NCBI GenBank assembly: GCA_042217585.1
Contig: JBDGSJ010000037.1
Location: 1 to 12,153, forward strand
Reading direction: 5' to 3'
DNA: 12,153 nt
DNA from: Candidatus Nanohaloarchaea archaeon
GTDB lineage: Archaea; Nanohalarchaeota; Nanosalinia; Nanosalinales; Nanosalinaceae
The notes beneath the pieces are model-generated. The model was not told the origin of the DNA and ran no database searches. It saw only the letters and a program-made list of their open reading frames with translations. Of this stretch, positions 7,602-12,153 are shown in pieces. The position numbers were made by a program, and so were the translations under genes. Positions within the stretch are counted from its first letter, which is position 1. The number at the start of each line of letters is the position of its first letter.

Positions 7602-7928
7602 TCAGAGGTCCTCTATCACCGCGATCTTGTCCTCCTTCCACTGGTCGAGTCTATCCCTGATCTCCTGCTTCATCTCCTGCCGGTCGACGGAGTAAACGTA
7701 GTGTCGTCCCCTGCTACCTCCCTCTGCCTCGCTCTCACGTTTCACAAGGCCCGCGGTCCTCAGCGTCGAGAGATACCTCTGAACCGTGGAGCGGTCCTTT
7801 CCCAGGTCTTCTGCTATCTCCTGGACCCTGGCATCTTCCTCGCAGAGGTAGTAGACGACCTCGGTTTCGGCGGGTGAAAGGTTGTAGAGGACGTCGAGGA
7901 GCTCCTTGATCTCTCGGGGACAGTCCAT
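7602..7928 (-). CDS. Winged helix-turn-helix transcriptional regulator (TrmB/ArsR-like, COG3355 type), 108 aa
   Basis: LSPAETEVVYYL...VQEIAEDLGKDRSTVQRYLSTL...GLVKRE...GRHYVYS. The true start is likely ATG 7928 (MDCPRE) because the longer ORF-track start overlaps the divergent glutaredoxin gene. Confidence 0.92.
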   Translation of the reverse strand: MDCPREIKELLDVLYNLSPAETEVVYYLCEEDARVQEIAEDLGKDRSTVQRYLSTLRTAGLVKRESEAEGGSRGRHYVYSVDRQEMKQEIRDRLDQWKEDKIAVIEDL

Positions 7929-8001
7929 GCAGACAGGTTCGGGTGCAAGATGTAAAGAAGTTCCGATTGATGTATAAAAGTTCAACACAATTACACAAAC
8001 T
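7929..8001. promoter_or_regulatory. Divergent promoter region with 15-bp imperfect direct repeat (candidate operator)
   Basis: TATAAAAG at 7973-7980 for the grx operon and TTTACA on the minus strand (7951-7956) for the regulator. GATGTAAAGAAGTTC (7949-7963) and GATGTATAAAAGTTC (7969-7983). ACACAA twice (7985-7990, 7993-7998). Confidence 0.65.
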
Positions 8002-8238
8002 ATGACCGAGATTGAAGTATTCACGACCCCGACGTGCCCGTACTGCACAAAAGTCAAGAACTGGCTGGAGGAGAACGGCTACGACTACACCGAGCACAAC
8101 GTCGCCGAGGACCGGGAGAAGGCAAAGAAGATGATAGAGAAGACCGGACAGAGAGGAGTACCGCAGGTTTTCGTCGGCGAAGAAACCATAGTCGGCTACC
8201 AGCCGGACCGGATAGAGCAGGCCATACAGGAGAGCTGA
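8002..8238 (+). CDS. Glutaredoxin-like protein (NrdH/YruB-type), CPYC active site
   Basis: VFTTPTCPYC, TGQRGVPQ (cis-Pro loop) and IVGY; 78 aa. Confidence 0.95.
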   Translation: MTEIEVFTTPTCPYCTKVKNWLEENGYDYTEHNVAEDREKAKKMIEKTGQRGVPQVFVGEETIVGYQPDRIEQAIQES

Positions 8239-8243
8239 GACCA

Positions 8244-8573
8244 GTGACAGTCAAGATAGAGCTGTTCTACTCCGACACCTGCCCGAACTGTCCGCCCCAG
8301 AAGGACGCCGTGAAGGAGTTCGCGGACCGCGACGATGTATCGGTCAGGATGACCAACGTCGCCAGGAAGAAGGGGAGAGCCCGGAACCACGGCGTCCGGT
8401 CCGTCCCGACGACAGTCGTAGATGGGCCGGCGCTGGACCAGAAGACCGGGTTCCGGGGAGTGACCTCGGACGAGAAACTTGAGGAGGCGATAGAGGTGGC
8501 GAAAGGAGAGAAGGACAGGTCCGAACTGGAGAGCACCGGAATACTTGAAAAGCTGAGGGACGCCCTAAATTAA
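8244..8573 (+). CDS. Thioredoxin-fold disulfide oxidoreductase (archaeal CPxCP type), 109 aa
   Basis: IELFYSDTCPNCP, GVRSVPTTVVDG and FRG...EKL. GTG start at 8244, 5 nt after the grx stop. Confidence 0.9.
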   Translation: MTVKIELFYSDTCPNCPPQKDAVKEFADRDDVSVRMTNVARKKGRARNHGVRSVPTTVVDGPALDQKTGFRGVTSDEKLEEAIEVAKGEKDRSELESTGILEKLRDALN

Positions 8574-8577
8574 CTGT

Positions 8578-9330
8578 ATGAAGGTAATAGAGAAGGGAGA
8601 GGATCCCGAGATAACGGTAGTGGGTTCGGTACACGGGGACGAACCCGCAGGGAAGAAAGCGATCGAAAAGGTGCTGGAGAGGAACAGCTTCACGGGACCG
8701 GTCCGGTTCATCGTGGCGAACGAGGAGGCGCTCGAGATCGGCGAGCGGTACGTCGAGAAGGACCTTAACAGCAGTTTCCCGGGCGACCCGGACAGCGAGG
8801 TCCACGAGGAGAGGCTCGCCGCGGAGATAACCGATATAGTGGAGGACCAGAAGGTCCTTGACATCCACTCCACGAAGTCCCATCCCGAGCCGTTCTCGAA
8901 CGTCAAGGAACTGACGGACGAGGTCAGGGAGATGACCCGGGCCGCGGGAGTCGAGAACGTGGTCGAGTTCCCCGAGGAGTCAGGGGTCCTGATGGAAGAG
9001 GCGGACCCAGGTATACTTGTCGAGACAGGGACGCAGGGAACTGAACAGGCCGCGGAGAACGCTGTGGAGGTCATCGAGAACTTCCTGAGGCACTTCGACG
9101 TGCTTCCCGGAGAACCGGAGCTTTCCGACCCGGATTTCTACAGGTACACCGAGACCGTGAAGGGTGACTGGGAGTTCCACGCCGAGAACTTCAGCAGGGT
9201 CCACGTCGGCAAGGTATACGCGACCTACGGAGGCCTCCAGAGAAGAGCGGCGAAGGAGTTCTACCCGGTCCTGATGTCCACCGATGGCTACGAGGACAAA
9301 CTTGGGTACAAGGCCGAAAAAATAAGGTAG
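8578..9330 (+). CDS. Succinylglutamate desuccinylase/aspartoacylase (AstE/AspA, M14-like Zn hydrolase) family protein
   Basis: Zn ligands HGDE and DIH, DLN-x-x-FPG, catalytic E in LVETG, and C-terminal FYPVLMS-x-x-GY as in halophilic homologs. Confidence 0.9.
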   Translation: MKVIEKGEDPEITVVGSVHGDEPAGKKAIEKVLERNSFTGPVRFIVANEEALEIGERYVEKDLNSSFPGDPDSEVHEERLAAEITDIVEDQKVLDIHSTKSHPEPFSNVKELTDEVREMTRAAGVENVVEFPEESGVLMEEADPGILVETGTQGTEQAAENAVEVIENFLRHFDVLPGEPELSDPDFYRYTETVKGDWEFHAENFSRVHVGKVYATYGGLQRRAAKEFYPVLMSTDGYEDKLGYKAEKIR

Positions 9331-9337
9331 AGGAGGA

Positions 9338-9556
9338 CTACTCCTCCGTCGTGTCCATATCGAGGATCCTGTAGAGCTGGCAGGTCCTGAAGTAGCCCGT
9401 CACCAGCAGGACCAGCGCGGCCACCCCGAGCACGGGCGAGAGGATCTCCGGCCCCGGAACTTTTTCGGTGAAAAGTATGCCGAGAGACAGGAGTCCAAGT
9501 ACGGCTCCCGCCGCGATCCTGACCTTCTGGTCCATCAGACCGACGTTCTTGTCCAT
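9338..9556 (-). CDS. DUF2892 (YgaP-like) small two-TM membrane protein
   Basis: KNVG-x-x-D-x-x-x-R...G, two hydrophobic helices, TG-x-x-x-x-C-x-LY-x-x-L-x-x-x-T. TTTTATT on the minus strand about 22-29 nt upstream of the ATG. Confidence 0.88.
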   Translation of the reverse strand: MDKNVGLMDQKVRIAAGAVLGLLSLGILFTEKVPGPEILSPVLGVAALVLLVTGYFRTCQLYRILDMDTTEE

Positions 9557-9605
9557 GGAGAAGAGTTGATTCCCTGGAATAAAACCTTACTGGAACATTT
9601 TTGCC

Positions 9606-9884
9606 CTAGAAGCCGTTCCCGCTCAGCGCCCTCTCTATCTCCTCGAAGCTGTGTGTCATCCTGAGCAGTGGCTTTCCGCGGACCTGGTCCAGGGTGTACT
9701 CCGGGACCTCATCGTATCCGTCTATATCTATTGTACCCTCCCTTCCCGAGGGGACGTCCTCAGATACCCCGCCCTGGAAGGTGTAAACGTGCCTGTACTG
9801 GGGCTGTGAGTCCCGCCTCTTGTGCGTTATCTCGTCGAACTTATCGCGCAGACCGTAGAGCAGCTGGAGGTCCTCGTCGTCCAT
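9606..9884 (-). CDS. Acidic hypothetical protein (92 aa)
   Basis: Acidic ORF with ATG start and TTTTTAA on the minus strand at 9909-9915. Confidence 0.75.
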   Translation of the reverse strand: MDDEDLQLLYGLRDKFDEITHKRRDSQPQYRHVYTFQGGVSEDVPSGREGTIDIDGYDEVPEYTLDQVRGKPLLRMTHSFEEIERALSGNGF

Positions 9885-9923
9885 GAGCCGTGTATTAACG
9901 CTTGAGTGTTAAAAACTGAACGG

Positions 9924-10466
9924 TCAGCTGTACTCCAGGTTTTTCCACTCGTCTCTCTCAAGCGGTCTGTCCGGGAAGACCACGCCCTTCCTGAGCCTCA
10001 GGTCCGTACCGTCGAAATCAGCTATGTAATCAACCAGCTGGCGGGCCTGGCCCTCGCACAGGTTGTTGTGCTCGCCGGAGATCGTCACGGTGGAGCCGTC
10101 CTCCAGCGACCTTACGAGGTCGATGAAGCCGTCGGCGTCCCGGTAACGGATCTTCGCGCTGCCTCTCAGCGTCTCGAACCAGTGGTCGACCTCCCCGGCG
10201 TAGTCACCCAGGAACTCCCGGGAATAACCGGAGTCCATCTCCTCGAGGACCGCTATCTCCGCGTCCGAGTCAAACATGCGGTCCAGCTCGCTGAAGAGCT
10301 CGTGGCAGTACCTGAAGTGGTCCTCTGGACGCAGGTCCAGCTCCCGGTACTCGTCGTTCTCAAGACCGAAACCGGGGTGGACCAGCAGGTAGAGCTCGTT
10401 CTCACGGTATCCGTCGACTTCTCCGGCGTAGTTCCGGTCCACGAACTTCTCGGGGTCGAAACTCAT
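9924..10466 (-). CDS. Acidic hypothetical protein, possible divergent isochorismatase/cysteine-hydrolase fold
   Basis: Coding status is supported by composition and TTAAAA about 28-33 nt upstream. The fold guess rests on LYLLVHPGF near the N-terminus and VTISGEHNNLC (G-x5-C) followed by helix and strand. Confidence 0.75.
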   Translation of the reverse strand: MSFDPEKFVDRNYAGEVDGYRENELYLLVHPGFGLENDEYRELDLRPEDHFRYCHELFSELDRMFDSDAEIAVLEEMDSGYSREFLGDYAGEVDHWFETLRGSAKIRYRDADGFIDLVRSLEDGSTVTISGEHNNLCEGQARQLVDYIADFDGTDLRLRKGVVFPDRPLERDEWKNLEYS

Positions 10467-10502
10467 CCCGGAAGAGAAGATGTCGGGAAGAAGTTTTAAC
10501 CC

Positions 10503-10970
10503 CTACAGGTTCCTGTAGCTGTACATCCTGTTGACCTGCGGATCCTCCAGCTCCTCTTTCTCCAGGACCCTCCAGTCATCGGAGGCGTAACCTATCTCGA
10601 TCTCCTGCGGCACCTCTTCCAGCTCGAAATCTCCCTCCACGACCTCTTCGGCGGTCCCGGCCAGCACGAACCTGTCCCTCTGCCTGTGGACCGGGTCGAC
10701 CTGGTCCTCGTATACCTGGTCTATCCTGTAGGCGACCCTGGCCCCGGGCTCCTCGAAATCGAGCTCGACCAGCGATCCCTCTCCCGGGACCTCGCCGGCG
10801 CCCGCGTCGAGCAGCTGTCTTATCCTGCTGAAGCCGTTGAAGGTCCTGACAGCCTCGTTCCTGAGACCGTCGAGGAAGTTTCCCCACGAGTAACCCGGGT
10901 CCCCGGGCGTGTTCTCGCTTTTCTCCCAGCCGTCCATCGAGTGGTACTCTCCTGTAGCCATCTTCTCCAC
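10503..10970 (-). CDS. Acidic hypothetical protein (155 aa; alternative ATG start at 10961)
   Basis: D/E-rich ORF. ATAAAA on the minus strand (10995-11000) lies 25-30 nt before the GTG. Confidence 0.78.
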   Translation of the reverse strand: MEKMATGEYHSMDGWEKSENTPGDPGYSWGNFLDGLRNEAVRTFNGFSRIRQLLDAGAGEVPGEGSLVELDFEEPGARVAYRIDQVYEDQVDPVHRQRDRFVLAGTAEEVVEGDFELEEVPQEIEIGYASDDWRVLEKEELEDPQVNRMYSYRNL

Positions 10971-11058
10971 CGGTGGGTAAGCCCCCGCGAAATCTTTTAT
11001 CCGTTATCCCGGAAGGCTGACAAACGCTTATACGGTCCGCGGGATAAATACTGTATGT

Positions 11059-11736
11059 ATGAGCAGGTCCGGCCGTGAAAAACAGGGCGGGGACCTCTTC
11101 AGTTCCGGGATGGAGTTGACCGCGGGCATGATGCTACTCCCGCTGAAGATGAACCCGTTCATCCCCGGGGAAAGTTCTTCAGACGATGGGTACAGGGGTG
11201 ACGACTGGGATTTCAGGACCAGGAGAGACCTCAGGCAGATGGTGGAAGAAGGCTACCTGGAGGAACCCGGGGAGTACGGTTTCGACTCCTACAGGGAGAT
11301 GAAGCGGTTCGTCAGGGGGAGGCATGAGGAGGCGGGTAACTCGTACGACTGGAGCAGGTCCGACAGGGAGGAGATGAACCAGCACTCCCCGAGGAAGGCA
11401 TCCCCGGAACAGGCGTTGAGGTCCTTCACATCCGCGTTCCACCCGGACGAGGACGTGGAGGGGGTCCAGCGCCTACTTGAATCCGCCGCCGAGATAGATG
11501 GATGGGAGCTGGACGGCGACATGGTTGACGTCATGAAGGAGTACGGCCGGCTCGTGACGGAGGGTGAGGCAGAGCTCTCACTCAGCTCCGGCGAAGAAGA
11601 GGTCATGGTCAGGTTCGAATCCAGGAACGGTCTCTACCCCGAGGTAGAGGTCCTCTACAGGGATGGAGACGGTTCAGAGAGGGAGTACCTCGGAGAAGTC
11701 CAGGACCTCTCCGGTCCTCTGGAAGAACTGGGTTGA
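11059..11736 (+). CDS. Acidic hypothetical protein (225 aa)
   Basis: D/E-rich ORF with TTATA at 11028-11032 before the ATG. Convergent with the next gene across a 3-nt gap. Confidence 0.8.
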   Translation: MSRSGREKQGGDLFSSGMELTAGMMLLPLKMNPFIPGESSSDDGYRGDDWDFRTRRDLRQMVEEGYLEEPGEYGFDSYREMKRFVRGRHEEAGNSYDWSRSDREEMNQHSPRKASPEQALRSFTSAFHPDEDVEGVQRLLESAAEIDGWELDGDMVDVMKEYGRLVTEGEAELSLSSGEEEVMVRFESRNGLYPEVEVLYRDGDGSEREYLGEVQDLSGPLEELG

Positions 11737-11739
11737 GTA

Positions 11740-12153
11740 CTACCCGTTGACGATGTCGTGGTATCTGTCGATCCTTTCACACAGTTTCTCCCGGGTTTCA
11801 GGGTTTTCCAGTACCTCCTCTTCGTCGAAATCCTCGAGGTCCTCCCGGAGTCCTCTGACCTTCTCCGGGTCCATGACCGTCTTCTCCCATTCATGTCCCT
11901 GGTCGCCGGTTATAGAGAAAATGGTCCTGAGAAGGTTCCGGAGATCGGTGTAGGGGGATTCGTCCTCCCTCCGGTAGATTTTCTCCGCATAGCTTTCGAG
12001 AACGGACCTCCTCTTCTCTTCGTCATCAGTTTCCCTGAACTGCTCCAGCCGGGCGTTCTCGCCCTCGATCTCCTCTATCGCATCAGCCAGTTCCTCCTCA
12101 CCGGTCTCCTCCCTGACGTATCTCACAGCTTCTTCGCGGGACCTCTCCTCGAG
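11740..12153 (-). CDS. Acidic helical hypothetical protein, 5'-truncated by window edge
   Basis: The frame stays open past the GTG at 12126 to the window end (LEERSREEA-VRYV...). E/R-rich helical composition. Confidence 0.8.
   Translation of the reverse strand, partial: LEERSREEAVRYVREETGEEELADAIEEIEGENARLEQFRETDDEEKRRSVLESYAEKIYRREDESPYTDLRNLLRTIFSITGDQGHEWEKTVMDPEKVRGLREDLEDFDEEEVLENPETREKLCERIDRYHDIVNG

Noticed and set aside
6594..7928. Provirus or mobile element around the VRR-NUC gene
   Set aside because: No integrase, terminase, capsid, helicase or att-like repeats; flanked by ordinary cellular genes.
7929..8243. N-terminal extensions of the HTH ORF (start 8057) and thioredoxin ORF (start 8034)
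   Set aside because: Both overlap the glutaredoxin gene or its promoter. Homology begins at ATG 7928 and GTG 8244.
1..12153. CRISPR array, tRNA/rRNA, IS elements
   Set aside because: No regularly spaced repeats, cloverleaf-like sequence or transposase motifs seen; the longest intergenic gap is only about 124 nt.

Overview
Gene-dense, GC-rich archaeal chromosome segment with a strongly acidic, Glu-rich proteome, frequent AGG/ATA codons, very short intergenic spacers and AT-rich TATA-like boxes about 22-33 nt before most start codons. This fits an extreme halophile, most plausibly Nanohaloarchaeota/DPANN (inference). From left to right: two tandem paralogous small proteins (the first cut by the window edge and missing from the ORF track); a divergent DUF4186-like protein with a C-terminal PIP-box-like tail; a stand-alone FIST sensor protein; archaeal YchF/Obg-family GTPase; a membrane protein; an acidic orphan; YdjM-type metal hydrolase; DHA1/TetA-like MFS transporter; an orphan; a VRR-NUC nuclease fused to an AbrB/MazE-like domain; a winged-HTH regulator divergent from a glutaredoxin-thioredoxin-AstE/AspA operon; a DUF2892 membrane protein; and five acidic orphans, one possibly a divergent cysteine hydrolase. 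I saw no rRNA, tRNA, CRISPR array or transposase. The best candidates for undescribed biology are the VRR-NUC-AbrB fusion, the PIP-tagged DUF4186 lacking its Cys cluster, the FIST plus small-protein module and the HTH-controlled redox operon with a direct-repeat operator. All family calls come from motif recognition by eye, not from database searches.
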